Sequence record: DRR723986_15041
Direction: 5' to 3' (one strand)
Length of the DNA stretch: 37,867 nt
Shown here: in pieces, positions 8,142 through 18,137 of the stretch
Layout: every line of letters begins with the position of its first letter
Numbering within the stretch: the stretch's first letter is position 1
The notes under the pieces: generated by a model
What the model was told of the DNA's origin: nothing
Databases searched by the model: none
The model's input: the letters and a program-made list of their open reading frames with translations, nothing else
Translations under genes and position numbers: made by a program

Positions 8142-9170
8142 CTAACGATCACGACCGAGCTTAGCATCAACGGTCGAGCCGCCTGACGACAGAATCTGGG
8201 TGTTGGTCAACGCATTCCCGAAACGCTCAAAATCCCGAAACTGCCACACAACCTGCTTTTCTTGATTCACCTCGATTATCTGTGGATTGTCCGCTGTCGC
8301 ATGGCAATTGCCAATCACGGTATTTCCATTCGGCAACCGCTGCAGCGTAGTTACCCATGCAAGGCTGATATTCGGAAGATCATTCTGTTCAACCTTCCAA
8401 ACGATTTCTTTGTCTTGAGTGACTTCGATAATGCTATGTCCATTGCCGGTGCTAATCAGAGTGTTTCCGTTGTCCAGTCGCAGGGCCGCGTAACACTGGT
8501 TTCCAAATGCATCTAGGCCGTGCCCACCAGTGGGAGCCTTACCAAAGAGCGGAATTTTGTACTCCCATACAATTTCCGGCTCGGCTATCTCGCGTCCGTC
8601 CTCACTGCCAGTGACTCGCGGCTTGTATTCTCGAACGACAGCATCGCCTTCATGACATACCAAGTAATTGCCAGTAGTAGTAAGTTTCCTGACGAGTCGG
8701 GTGTCGCGGTGCGGGTGGCTCTTGGAGACCTTCAGTGGCATTTCAAAAACGATTTGTCCTGATCGAGTGACTTCGACGATACGACTCGCTCCACTTTCCG
8801 CGATCATCGTGCGACCATTGGGCAGGCGTTGGAATGCGTGAACTTCAATCTTGCGATTCGCGTTGTCAGCAGACTTCGCCGAGTCGTATTGCCAAATAAT
8901 TGCACCGGAAGCCACGTCTTCTTCCACGAGTTGCGTCCAATTCTTTTGGTAGAGAACTTTACCGCCTGGCAGGAAGTGTAGGTCATGCAGAGGTCCGATT
9001 TTGGCCTCCCACTGCGTCGAGCCATCTTCAGCAATGATCGCGATTCGGTTCTTTGAGCTATCTGCAGTTAAGAATCGGTGTTTCGTTTCCGCCGCCGCTT
9101 GAGAAACGAAGCAGGCGATCATCGAAAACGCGGCAAGGTGAATACTCTTCTGTAGCATGACTTTTTTCAT
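8142..9170 (-). CDS. Secreted beta-propeller protein (PQQ-like / arylsulfotransferase-like repeats)
   Basis: Signal peptide; repeated (Q/L)RLxNGxT.I and IIEV...G/K.IVW blades. Confidence 0.8.
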   Translation of the reverse strand: MKKVMLQKSIHLAAFSMIACFVSQAAAETKHRFLTADSSKNRIAIIAEDGSTQWEAKIGPLHDLHFLPGGKVLYQKNWTQLVEEDVASGAIIWQYDSAKSADNANRKIEVHAFQRLPNGRTMIAESGASRIVEVTRSGQIVFEMPLKVSKSHPHRDTRLVRKLTTTGNYLVCHEGDAVVREYKPRVTGSEDGREIAEPEIVWEYKIPLFGKAPTGGHGLDAFGNQCYAALRLDNGNTLISTGNGHSIIEVTQDKEIVWKVEQNDLPNISLAWVTTLQRLPNGNTVIGNCHATADNPQIIEVNQEKQVVWQFRDFERFGNALTNTQILSSGGSTVDAKLGRDR

Positions 9171-9191
9171 GGTTGGCTTACGTTGTGCAAT

Positions 9192-9701
9192 TCAACTGTC
9201 AGTTTGAACACCGTGGACGCTAATTTTAATGTTGAACACTTTGAGGCTTCGGGCTCGTGCGATGTCTTGCTGCTGCGCCGTTGGAGTCGACGGGGTGGCC
9301 CCAATGAAGTAGCTGCAGTTTTGATCACGAGCGTGAATCCAGAACGCATCGCTGCCGGTATGCTCTTCAACGACTGGAAGCTTGCTGCGTATTAAGCCAT
9401 GGGTATAGTCGGCCACTCGCGAAAACAGTTCTTCAGGTGTACTAGAGCGATAGTGAATCGTCAGTTCATTGTGGTACGTGTTTCGATAAGTTAAATCGCC
9501 AGTGTTACCGTTCTCACTCGCGGACTGAAGTACCCGTACATTCGCATCCGTTTCTTGTAGGAAGGATTCCACGGCCAGGTCGTTTAGTCTGAAGTAGATG
9601 AGCTGGTTTCGGGGACGCGGATCAGGAATTAAGTAGGGCAGCGCCAGGGCAACAACCAGTGTAGCCAGCATTATCTCTCTGAGTGAGAATCTTCCACGCA
9701 T
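9192..9701 (-). CDS. Hypothetical protein with planctomycete-type RFSLRxxL N-terminal anchor
   Basis: MRGRFSLREIMLATLVVALAL; ATG 9701 lies 4 nt after the upstream gene's stop. Confidence 0.7.
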   Translation of the reverse strand: MRGRFSLREIMLATLVVALALPYLIPDPRPRNQLIYFRLNDLAVESFLQETDANVRVLQSASENGNTGDLTYRNTYHNELTIHYRSSTPEELFSRVADYTHGLIRSKLPVVEEHTGSDAFWIHARDQNCSYFIGATPSTPTAQQQDIARARSLKVFNIKISVHGVQTDS

Positions 9702-9705
9702 TTTA

Positions 9706-10638
9706 TCACTTGGTGCGATGCACGTGGCCACGAATCGGAGCGTTGCACCGGTAAAAGCCATTGCGAGCGGTGATGAAGAGCGTCTTCAGGTCCTTGCCAC
9801 CAAAGGCGCAATTGGCAGGGTGCTCGGGCACGTTGATGATGCCGAGGATCTTGCCCTCAGGCGAAACGACTTGAATGCCAAGTCCTGTCGTGATGTACAG
9901 GTTTCCACTCGCGTCTACCGCTAAACCATCGCCACCCTTGTTGGACTCGCCCGATTTCTGTTTCAAACTACAGAGAACTCTGCCTTTGCCGAGTTGCCCG
10001 GGAGATTCGACATCGTAGATCATCGTTTTGCTATCCATCGAAGGAACGACGTAGAGCTGTGATTCGTCGGGCGAAAGGGCGATTCCGTTGGGAGCAGTTA
10101 GCGAATCCCCCAGACGCGTCACTTTGCCATCAGGATCGCGGTAATAGAACGCTTCTTTCTCCTGCGGCCAAGGTTCCGGTGCGCGGTAGCGAGGGTCGGT
10201 GAAGTAAATGCCACCTTGGCGATCGATCACCAAGTCGTTGCAAGCGTTGAATCTCGTCGACTTGTACTCACTTGCAAGCACCTGAGTTTTCTTGGTTTTT
10301 AGGTCAATTGCAGCGAGCTGACCGTCCATCTGGCACGCAAGCAACTGGCCTTCGCCGCCGTACATCAGGCCGTTGGCGTGGAGTGAAGGTTTGAAGAACA
10401 ATTCCACTTTGCCCTGTGGAGTGAGCCGAAAAATTGACTCCGCGGGAATGTCCGTAAAGTAAACCGAACCATCCGGAGTAGCCGCTGGGCCTTCCGTGAA
10501 CTGAAAGCCGCCCTGGACAAGTTCAACTTCGCCGAACTGGCCAACCGAGTCGATCTTGGTTTGCCCCATCACCGGGCGGGCAGCCAGAAGGGTGAGCAAG
10601 GTAAGAAACGTTGCGTAGCGGAGCCAATGTGCGTTCAT
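9706..10638 (-). CDS. SMP-30/gluconolactonase/LRE family protein, secreted
   Basis: FTEGP, YFTDI, NDLV, FTDP, PNGIALSPD, GDGLAVD, PANCAFGG; likely ATG 10638 with AGAGG RBS. Confidence 0.93.
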   Translation of the reverse strand: MNAHWLRYATFLTLLTLLAARPVMGQTKIDSVGQFGEVELVQGGFQFTEGPAATPDGSVYFTDIPAESIFRLTPQGKVELFFKPSLHANGLMYGGEGQLLACQMDGQLAAIDLKTKKTQVLASEYKSTRFNACNDLVIDRQGGIYFTDPRYRAPEPWPQEKEAFYYRDPDGKVTRLGDSLTAPNGIALSPDESQLYVVPSMDSKTMIYDVESPGQLGKGRVLCSLKQKSGESNKGGDGLAVDASGNLYITTGLGIQVVSPEGKILGIINVPEHPANCAFGGKDLKTLFITARNGFYRCNAPIRGHVHRTK

Positions 10639-10886
10639 CAAGGTGCCTCTTTGAGTTTGTCGAGCTGGGCGATTGATTGTATCACATGGCAGCATCGAAG
10701 TGTCCTAGGTTGCCACGCATCCGGAAACCAAAGTCGGGTGAAGGCTTGGCACTAAAAATCCTATCCCCCGCAAGATGCTTCGCAGCGACAAAAGTAGGGT
10801 GGGGGAAACCACTGGCGGTGCTGTCGACATGCTGGGAGATCAATGTAGCGAGAGTGACTTGCCTATCGTACCAAGTCGGCTGGCGA

Positions 10887-10892
10887 TAGAAT
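10887..10892 (+). promoter_or_regulatory. Putative -10 element of rnpB promoter
   Basis: TAGAAT 7 nt upstream of the P1 5' end; no clear -35. Confidence 0.5.
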
Positions 10893-10899
10893 CAGCCCT

Positions 10900-11325
10900 G
10901 GATGGTTCAGGCCGGTTGGGTAGTCGCTGCCGAACATGTTCGGGAGAGGAAAGTCCGGGCTTCGAAGAGTGGGGCGGTCGGTAACGCCGACCAGTCGAAA
11001 GGCTAGGGAAAGTGCAGCAGAAAGCAAACCGCCGGCAGTGAGCCTTCGGGCAAGCTGTGGTAAGGGTGAAACGGTGAGGTAAGAGCTCACCAGCGGCGAG
11101 GGTGACTTCGTCGGCTAGGTAAACCCCGCCCGAAGCAAGATCAAACAGAGGGGATGGTGCTTCGGCACCAACGATTCGACTCGGGTCGTCGACTCTCGGG
11201 TAGATTGCTCGAGGCCGTGAGCAATTGCGGTCCTAGATAAATGGCTACCAATCGTCGTTCGTTTGAGTCTCGGCTCAAGGAATGCCGTGAACAGAACCCG
11301 GCTTATCGACCGACCTGGACCATCC
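10900..11325 (+). ncRNA. rnpB: RNase P RNA, bacterial type A
   Basis: GAGGAAAGTCCGGGC, GAAAGTGCAGCAGAAAG, GGGTGAAACGG, GGTAAACCCC, GCAAG, TAGATAAATG and ACAGAACCCGGCTTAT signatures; the ends pair as P1. Confidence 0.98.
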
Positions 11326-11457
11326 CTTTTACAAACACTATACGAATCAGGCCGCCAGTTCCCTCGCTACTCTCTGCGTAACGAAGCGACGTTTCGAGCC
11401 GGTTGCTGTGGTCCGATTGTAGAGCTCGATAGTTTACCAACCGATTTTGAATCAACC

Positions 11458-12237
11458 ATGATCATTGATACCCACGCCCACTTGGCAGACAAGTCGCTGG
11501 CCAGCGAGCTTCCGCATTTCCTCGAGCTAGCCGGTCAAGCCGGCGTGGGAGCAGTGCTGTGCATCGGGACCAATTTGCAAGACTCTCTTCAGGTGCTGGA
11601 AATTGCTCGCAAGCACGATGAGGTGCGTGCCGCCGTGGGGATTCATCCAAATGTTTGTTGCAAGGCCGCAGAGGGCGACTGGGGCGAGATTGAACGTCTT
11701 TGCCGTGATCCACAAGTTGCAGCGCTTGGCGAAACGGGGCTCGACAAGTACTGGGATGATTGCCCTTGGGAAATACAGGTCGAGTACTTTCGACGACACC
11801 TTGCGCTGAGCCGCGAGACCGAGCTACCAGTCGTGATTCACACTCGCGAGTGCGCCGAAGAGACACTCGAAGTCCTTCGCGACGAGGCTCAGCATGGTCC
11901 ACTGCGAGGCGTGATGCATTCCTACACGGGGCCGTGGGAGGTTGCGGAAGCCTGCGTTGAGCTAGGACTGTACATCAGTTTTGCAGGCATGGTGACTTTT
12001 AAGAATGGAACCGAGATCCTTGAAGTGGCAACTCAAGTTCCGGCGGATCGCATTTTGGTCGAAACCGACAGTCCTTACTTAACACCTCATCCGCACCGGG
12101 GAAAACGCCCCAATCACCCTGCACTTGTGGCTCACACACTGGAGAAAATTGCAGAGGCACGAGGCGTCTCGAAGAGCGATTTCGCCCAGCAGACAACGGC
12201 CAACGCGCAGCGTCTATTCGGCGCCTGGCCAGAGTAA
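11458..12237 (+). CDS. tatD: TatD family deoxyribonuclease
   Basis: IDTHAHL, VGIHP, LGETGLD, VIHTRE, GVMHSY, LVETDSPYL; true start ATG 11458 (the ORF-track extension overlaps rnpB). Confidence 0.95.
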   Translation: MIIDTHAHLADKSLASELPHFLELAGQAGVGAVLCIGTNLQDSLQVLEIARKHDEVRAAVGIHPNVCCKAAEGDWGEIERLCRDPQVAALGETGLDKYWDDCPWEIQVEYFRRHLALSRETELPVVIHTRECAEETLEVLRDEAQHGPLRGVMHSYTGPWEVAEACVELGLYISFAGMVTFKNGTEILEVATQVPADRILVETDSPYLTPHPHRGKRPNHPALVAHTLEKIAEARGVSKSDFAQQTTANAQRLFGAWPE

Positions 12238-12276
12238 GCTAATCAACCACCGTAAAAGGCGGCACGGACGAACCAC

Positions 12277-12831
12277 CTAGATTTTGCCGTCGAGTCCCAT
12301 TTGGTAATACTTGTGGGTGATCTTATCTTGGTTCTCTAGCAACCAGTCGATCGACGGCTCGTTGTTCATCGCTTTGTGAATGGCCTGAGTCATTGCCTTG
12401 CGGTGGATATCAAACAAGGCCTTGTGGTCAAGGTTGTCATCAGTGATGACTCCCGGATTAAGCCAAACGCTGCAGATGATGCCGAGGTCGTTTGCCTTCT
12501 CCTTCGGGATGTCGCCAGCCCGAACGGCATCTAGGACGCCATTTGCAATCGCGGCTTGGACCGTGCCCATCAAGATATTGGTGTAGCGACTGTTCTTGAC
12601 CGTCACTTTGCTGACGCACAGTGTTACCGGACGAACTTGGATATCGGTGTTGAGAATTGCGAACACCTTCGAGTGCCCCATTGATTGGTCGCCTGTCAGC
12701 GTTGCCAGGGCCGTGCCAACTGGACCATCAAGTTCACCGATGACGACTTCCGGTTCGGCCGCCGTGAATGGAGGGCCTCCAGCAACGAGGGATTCGCCAG
12801 TTCGCATCACAATTCGTTCACTCATCGTCAT
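12277..12831 (-). CDS. fae: Formaldehyde-activating enzyme (Fae) homologue, divergent subtype
   Basis: GESLV, VIG..DGPVG, RPVTL..SKVTVK, GTVQAAIANGVLDAV..G.IP, AI.KAMNNEP. Confidence 0.88.
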   Translation of the reverse strand: MTMSERIVMRTGESLVAGGPPFTAAEPEVVIGELDGPVGTALATLTGDQSMGHSKVFAILNTDIQVRPVTLCVSKVTVKNSRYTNILMGTVQAAIANGVLDAVRAGDIPKEKANDLGIICSVWLNPGVITDDNLDHKALFDIHRKAMTQAIHKAMNNEPSIDWLLENQDKITHKYYQMGLDGKI

Positions 12832-13209
12832 TTTCGCTTAAAAAAGGGCTGCATCATCTAGTTTGGGCACTCAGCCGATGCCGAGTCGCATTATCCAATC
12901 ACAGTGCTCAGCAGCTTAACGGATGCGGGACAGGTTTGAAGGGTCCCCAAGCGACAATTTGACCTGGTCGGCTGTTGTGGCTGTTTCTGACGATTCCTTT
13001 CACGGGCTGGTCGACTGACTGGAGAGCTGGTGCCACTGCCGAATTTGCTAAACTATTTGCCAGGGCATGCGACTCCAGCAGAGCTTGCTGCGCAGACTAA
13101 GGGCTTCAATGAAGCGAGTCCGCTACATCGCTCTGCAATATCGATTCGCAAACTACATGCATTCGCACACTAAATTTGGCCGTCGAACAATACGCTGGAG
13201 TTCCCTTAA

Positions 13210-14556
13210 ATGCTAGACCGTCGAGAATTCTCACTGCGCATGACCGCTGGCTTGGTAGGAACAGGTGTTTGCACCGGCATGCTCAGCGATCGAGCTTCCG
13301 CAGATCGTGGCAAGGACAAATTGCGTGTTGCGTTCATTGGCGTTGGTGGCCGTGGAGGCGGAAATTTAAAGGCGATCGGCTCTGACTCAAGAGTTGAGGT
13401 AGTCGCGTTGTGTGATGTCGATAGTCGCCGCCTTGCCGCTGCAAAAGGCCTTTTCCCCAATGCTCGCAACTACACCGACTTTCGAAAACTCTATGAAGAC
13501 GAGGAGCTGTTCGATGCGGTGGTTGTCAGTACTGCTGAACACACACATGCCTACGCGACGATGCCCGCACTGAAGCTGGGCAAGCACGTATATTGTGAGA
13601 AGCCGCTGACGCACAACATTTACGAAGCCCGCCGCATTACCGAAGCGGCCGAGTCGGCGAACGTGGCTACTCAAATGGGCACTCAAATTCACGCTGGTGA
13701 GAACTACCACCGAGTCGTCGCTGCCGTTCAGTCCGGCATGATAGGTGCTGTGAAAGAGTGCCACGTTTGGGTCGGTCGCGCCTGGGGGCTACAGAGTGAA
13801 GAAGCGGCGAAACGCAATAAAGATATCGTCTACGTAGACCAACGCCCGAAAGAACAAATTACCGTACCCGAGACCCTGGACTGGGATCTGTGGCTGGGCC
13901 CAGCGCCGTATCGCCCCTTCCATCCAGTCTATTTTCCGGGTCCCAAGTGGTATCGATGGTGGGACTTTGGGAGCGGAACGATGAGCGATCTTGGTAGTCA
14001 CTGGAACGACTTGCCGTTCTGGGCCCTTAACCTGGACGCGCCGCGCCGCGTTCGAGCGTCCGGACCAGATGCACACTCTGAAATTGCCCCCGCCACGATG
14101 TCCGCCGAGTATGAGTATGCCGCCAGAGGGGATCGACCGGCCGTCAAATTGACTTGGTACCAGGGGGAGATGAAGCCCGCGATTTGGCAAGCTGGCGGAA
14201 TTCCCCAATGGTCCAGTGGCTGTCTATTCGTCGGTGATGAAAAAATGCTCCTCGCCGACTATCGCAAACATTTGTTCTTGGATCGTGAAGGCAATGAACT
14301 CAGCGTCCAGGCCCCTCGACCGGTCGATACAATCCCACCGTCGCATCACACGGACTGGATCGATTCGTGCTTCGACGGCAGTCCAACTGGCAGCCCGTTT
14401 AGTTATGCCGGTCCGCTCACCGAGGCCAATCACTTGGGCAACGTTGCCTATAGACTTGGAAAACCCATCGAGTGGCGGAGCGATGACCTCACCGTTGACG
14501 ATCCGAACGCTGCAGATTTGATCAAGCGGCCACCACGAGATGGCTGGAGCCTGTAG
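13210..14556 (+). CDS. Gfo/Idh/MocA oxidoreductase with Tat signal
   Basis: [39 protein letters not shown]. Confidence 0.95.
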   Translation: MLDRREFSLRMTAGLVGTGVCTGMLSDRASADRGKDKLRVAFIGVGGRGGGNLKAIGSDSRVEVVALCDVDSRRLAAAKGLFPNARNYTDFRKLYEDEELFDAVVVSTAEHTHAYATMPALKLGKHVYCEKPLTHNIYEARRITEAAESANVATQMGTQIHAGENYHRVVAAVQSGMIGAVKECHVWVGRAWGLQSEEAAKRNKDIVYVDQRPKEQITVPETLDWDLWLGPAPYRPFHPVYFPGPKWYRWWDFGSGTMSDLGSHWNDLPFWALNLDAPRRVRASGPDAHSEIAPATMSAEYEYAARGDRPAVKLTWYQGEMKPAIWQAGGIPQWSSGCLFVGDEKMLLADYRKHLFLDREGNELSVQAPRPVDTIPPSHHTDWIDSCFDGSPTGSPFSYAGPLTEANHLGNVAYRLGKPIEWRSDDLTVDDPNAADLIKRPPRDGWSL

Positions 14557-14628
14557 AATTCAGGTTCGTTCCTTTGGCACACCAACTGCCGTGTACTCAC
14601 TACGATTAGATTTGAATGAGGTTGAAAC

Positions 14629-15000
14629 ATGGCGAAGAACGTTCTTGGCACCGATCTTGAAGCCTGCAGTCACGACCCTTTGACCGGTTTCTTCCGCGAC
14701 GGTTGCTGCAATACGGGCGCTGAAGATGCAGGCATGCACACGGTCTGTGCTCATGTGACTGACGAATTTTTGGAATTCAGCAAGTCGCGGGGCAACGATC
14801 TTTCAACTCCACACCCGGCCTACCAGTTTCCTGGGCTCAAGAATGGCGACCACTGGTGCCTGTGCGTTTTGCGGTGGAAGGAGGCTTTTGAGGCGGGCGT
14901 TGCTCCGAAAGTGAATTTGCGAGCAACCCACATGTCGGTCCTCGAGTACGTCGATCTAGAAGTCTTGAAGGTGTACGCCACCGAGGCCAGTCACGAGTAG
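14629..15000 (+). CDS. DUF2237 family protein
   Basis: NVLG..L..CS.DPLTGFFRDGCC, GNDLSTP, FPGLK.GD.WCLC..RW.EA. Confidence 0.95.
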   Translation: MAKNVLGTDLEACSHDPLTGFFRDGCCNTGAEDAGMHTVCAHVTDEFLEFSKSRGNDLSTPHPAYQFPGLKNGDHWCLCVLRWKEAFEAGVAPKVNLRATHMSVLEYVDLEVLKVYATEASHE

Positions 15001-15271
15001 TTCGCTTCCAAGCGGCCGACGACAGTGCTAGAAACCACTTACGCGGTAGGTTGAAGAAATCGTTCTGCGCGGCAAAACGATGCGACCACCCCGAGCGGCG
15101 AATGGCAATGCTCCGGTGCGGCCTTGCGTTTAGTCTTGGCGATGTCGCAAGCAGCTCACCCACTAGATCGTAGTGCAAGCAGCTTGCCGGCAATCACGAT
15201 AATCCCGCGACTAGAACCTTTCTCGAGGTAGAACGCGAACCCCTGCGCGACACAGACTGCATTTCGTAAGA

Positions 15272-16177
15272 TTACGACCAAGCCACGTGCGAAGCGGTTG
15301 GAAGCTGGGCTTGTTCCTCATCTTCTGCTTTGTCGGCCATGTAGCCTGCTGCGGCGATCCCACCGCCTATAGCGATGCCGAGAATCAAAACGACAATCAA
15401 CGGTACGGAGGTCTTGATCTTGAATACCTCCTGAGAATTGCCACTGAGGACGTACGACATCAGTGCAAACGTAATCAGCAAACCAGTCAATGCACCGAAG
15501 AATGGTATCTGCTCGAATCCGCCAATGATGACATTGACGACGTTCATGATGCGGTCACACATCAAAATGACGTAGTAAGTTGCAGTGATGAACCAGCCGA
15601 ACTTCTGCTTCATCAGAATGCCGACACCACCGGCGATCAACAAAGCGGCAAAGACGCCAGAGATTGCTGCGATGACGGATGCGCCGAGAGCAAGAATTTG
15701 CATTTGCCCTTCAGCAGCGGCGAGGATTGTGGCGGCCGCGAAGACAATCACGGCCAGTGCGATGAAGGCAAGTGAATGGATAAAGTTCAGGATCGCAATA
15801 AAAATCAAACCGCCGGTCAATTTTCCTTTGTTCGCGATCTTCTTCTTGTCTTCATCAGTCTGAAATTTCTCAAGCTGCTTGCTATCCCCGGTCGCCTTCT
15901 TCGGGTTGTATACATTCTCAAACGGTGACGATCGACCAAAATCTGACTCGGTCAATTGATCAAGAGCTCCGCCGATCGCCGGTGGAGGCGCCTGCCCAGC
16001 GGCAGCTTGGCTGGCAGGCTTCGGCGCGGGCTGCCCGCCGGCGGCTGAGCCACTGGGCTTCTTCGGAGTCGGAACCTGAACTGCCTGCCCGCACTTGCAT
16101 TTGCCCTTCTTGCCCGCCATCGAGTCGGCGACGGTCATAACGTTCTTGCATTTGGGACAGGCAAACTTGATTGGCAT
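15272..16177 (-). CDS. Membrane protein with N-terminal zinc ribbon
   Basis: MPIKFACPKC...GKKGKCKCG, Pro/Ala linker, about 5 TM helices. Confidence 0.82.
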   Translation of the reverse strand: MPIKFACPKCKNVMTVADSMAGKKGKCKCGQAVQVPTPKKPSGSAAGGQPAPKPASQAAAGQAPPPAIGGALDQLTESDFGRSSPFENVYNPKKATGDSKQLEKFQTDEDKKKIANKGKLTGGLIFIAILNFIHSLAFIALAVIVFAAATILAAAEGQMQILALGASVIAAISGVFAALLIAGGVGILMKQKFGWFITATYYVILMCDRIMNVVNVIIGGFEQIPFFGALTGLLITFALMSYVLSGNSQEVFKIKTSVPLIVVLILGIAIGGGIAAAGYMADKAEDEEQAQLPTASHVAWS

Positions 16178-16240
16178 GGCTTTGTCAGGTTCGGAAAATT
16201 GACGTGAAAATGGTAAGCGGCAAATGAACGGTAATCTGAG

Positions 16241-18031
16241 CTAGTTTCGTTGCTTGCTCGGGTTCTTCTTTTCGCTGGCGACTGGAGCGTCTTTTGCGGG
16301 CTCAGCCGCCTTCTTTTTCTTCTTATTGTAATACGGCGTTAGCGGAAGCACATTTGCTCGCTCTGCAAAAGTCTGCCAGAGCTGGGCCATTTCGGCGACA
16401 GTTTCCGGTTTGCTGTCCGCCAAGTTGTTTTGTTCGCTTCGGTCAACGGCAAGATCATACAGCTCCCAATCCGACTTTGCTCCCTTGGCGACCAGTTTCA
16501 TGTTAGCAACGCGGACCGCTCGATTCCCCTCGTGCTCCCAGAAAATTGGTTCACTGCGCTCGGTGACCGTTCCGCGAGCGGCTGGAAGGAGGCTTATGCC
16601 TTCCATTGGTTGTATCGATTGACCGTTGTGGAATTCGGCTGGGTACTCCGCTCCGGCCGCGTCAACAACGGTGGCCATGATATCGATTAAGTGGCTGGGT
16701 AGGTGTGAGATTTTGCCGCCGGGGACACCATTTGGCCAATGGAAAATCAGGGGTGTTGAAATTCCGCCTTCATGCACCCAGTGTTTGTATTCACGAAACG
16801 GCGTGTTCGAAACAGTCGCCCAACCTTTCCCATAACCAATGTACGTGTCGGCCGCGCCAGCCATGACGCCTTTGCCAGTTCGAACTGGATAACCATCACG
16901 CGTCTGCTTGGGCTGCATGTCGGGTTGCAAATAGTCGTCCGCGAGTGGCTCCAGCGGCGGAGTGGCAGCGCGTGGTTCGCCTTCGCCGCGTCTTCCGTAA
17001 CCTTCGGCACAGCCACCGTTGTCTTGCAAGTAGAGTATGATCGTGTTGTCGAGTTGCCCTGATTTTTCGAGTGCAGCGACGATCTGCCCAATACCCTGAT
17101 CCATACTGTCGACCATGGCTGCGTAGACCTCCATGTTACGCTTGTCCCAGTCGAAGAATTCGGTCTCCTTCCAACCATCCTTCATGGGCCAAAACTTTAC
17201 CGAGTCAGGCGGCACCAGCCCAGATGCACGCAATCGCTCTAGCCGCTGGTGCCGAATCGCCTCATAGCCAGCATCATATCGGCCTTTGTACTTTGCAATG
17301 TCTCGCTCCCGAGCGTGCATTGGCCAATGAGCGGCAGTGTAGCTGACGTACATGAAGAAGGGCTTATCTTCAGAGTTTGATTGGTGGTCTTCGATAAAGC
17401 GGACTGCGTGATCGGAAATGGCATCGGTGTAGTAGAAGCCATCTTCGGGTTGGTACTCTTTGTCAGCAAATGGAGAAATGTAGTCGTTGTCGCGGGTCAG
17501 CGAGAACGGATCCCAGAAACTTCCCGCGCCATGGATGGTCCCATAGAATCGGTCAAAGCCTCTTTGCAGTGGCCAGTTGTCTTTCGATTCCCCTTGCCCG
17601 GGTCGAACCTTGCTGGTCACGTGCCATTTGCCAGACATGTAAGTTCGGTAGCCAGCGGAACTGAGCACTTCAGCCATCGTGACGCAACGGCGATTTAGTT
17701 CACCGCGGTAGCCGTCGTGTCCACTGTCGGACATCATCCAACCAATTCCAGCTTGATGAGGGTAGAGGCCGGTCAGCAAGCTGGCTCGCGTTGGGCAGCA
17801 GCGGGCCATGTTGTAGAAGCTGGAGAAACGGACGCCGCGTTGAGCGAGTTGATTCAAATTGGGAGTGTCAATTTCCCCGCCGTAGCAACCGATGTCGCTA
17901 TACCCCATGTCGTCGCCCATGATCGTAATAATGTTTGGGCGTTCCGTCGCGATTGAGCGTGGGCAAGCTATCGACGTCAGTACGAGGGCCGCTAGCAGTG
18001 TGACGGCGAAGTTTGCGAATCGATCATGCAT
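16241..18031 (-). CDS. Arylsulfatase (FGly-dependent), secreted
   Basis: DDMGYSD, CCPTRASLLTG, GKWH, QDNG, HEGGISTP. Confidence 0.95.
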   Translation of the reverse strand: MHDRFANFAVTLLAALVLTSIACPRSIATERPNIITIMGDDMGYSDIGCYGGEIDTPNLNQLAQRGVRFSSFYNMARCCPTRASLLTGLYPHQAGIGWMMSDSGHDGYRGELNRRCVTMAEVLSSAGYRTYMSGKWHVTSKVRPGQGESKDNWPLQRGFDRFYGTIHGAGSFWDPFSLTRDNDYISPFADKEYQPEDGFYYTDAISDHAVRFIEDHQSNSEDKPFFMYVSYTAAHWPMHARERDIAKYKGRYDAGYEAIRHQRLERLRASGLVPPDSVKFWPMKDGWKETEFFDWDKRNMEVYAAMVDSMDQGIGQIVAALEKSGQLDNTIILYLQDNGGCAEGYGRRGEGEPRAATPPLEPLADDYLQPDMQPKQTRDGYPVRTGKGVMAGAADTYIGYGKGWATVSNTPFREYKHWVHEGGISTPLIFHWPNGVPGGKISHLPSHLIDIMATVVDAAGAEYPAEFHNGQSIQPMEGISLLPAARGTVTERSEPIFWEHEGNRAVRVANMKLVAKGAKSDWELYDLAVDRSEQNNLADSKPETVAEMAQLWQTFAERANVLPLTPYYNKKKKKAAEPAKDAPVASEKKNPSKQRN

Positions 18032-18137
18032 GTTCGGCGGGTCTTGTACAGGTTGCTGGCGGGCTCGAAGCGGTTACGATGATGTCCACCACCTGCCGCT
18101 TTTCGGATTCAAGGATTCTCATCCAGAGAGTAGGAAC

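Noticed and set aside
9171..9194. UGA readthrough (Sec) fusing 9192-9701 in frame to 8142-9170
   Set aside because: In frame, but the only downstream hairpin has an A-rich loop unlike a bSECIS, there is no redox motif context, and the downstream gene has its own signal peptide
10677..11457. Short ORFs and the N-terminal extension of TatD
   Set aside because: They overlap rnpB and its promoter; TatD homology starts at ATG 11458
17892..18137. N-terminal extension of the FAH-family ORF
   Set aside because: Overlaps the divergent arylsulfatase start; ATG 18138 has an RBS and gives a normal length
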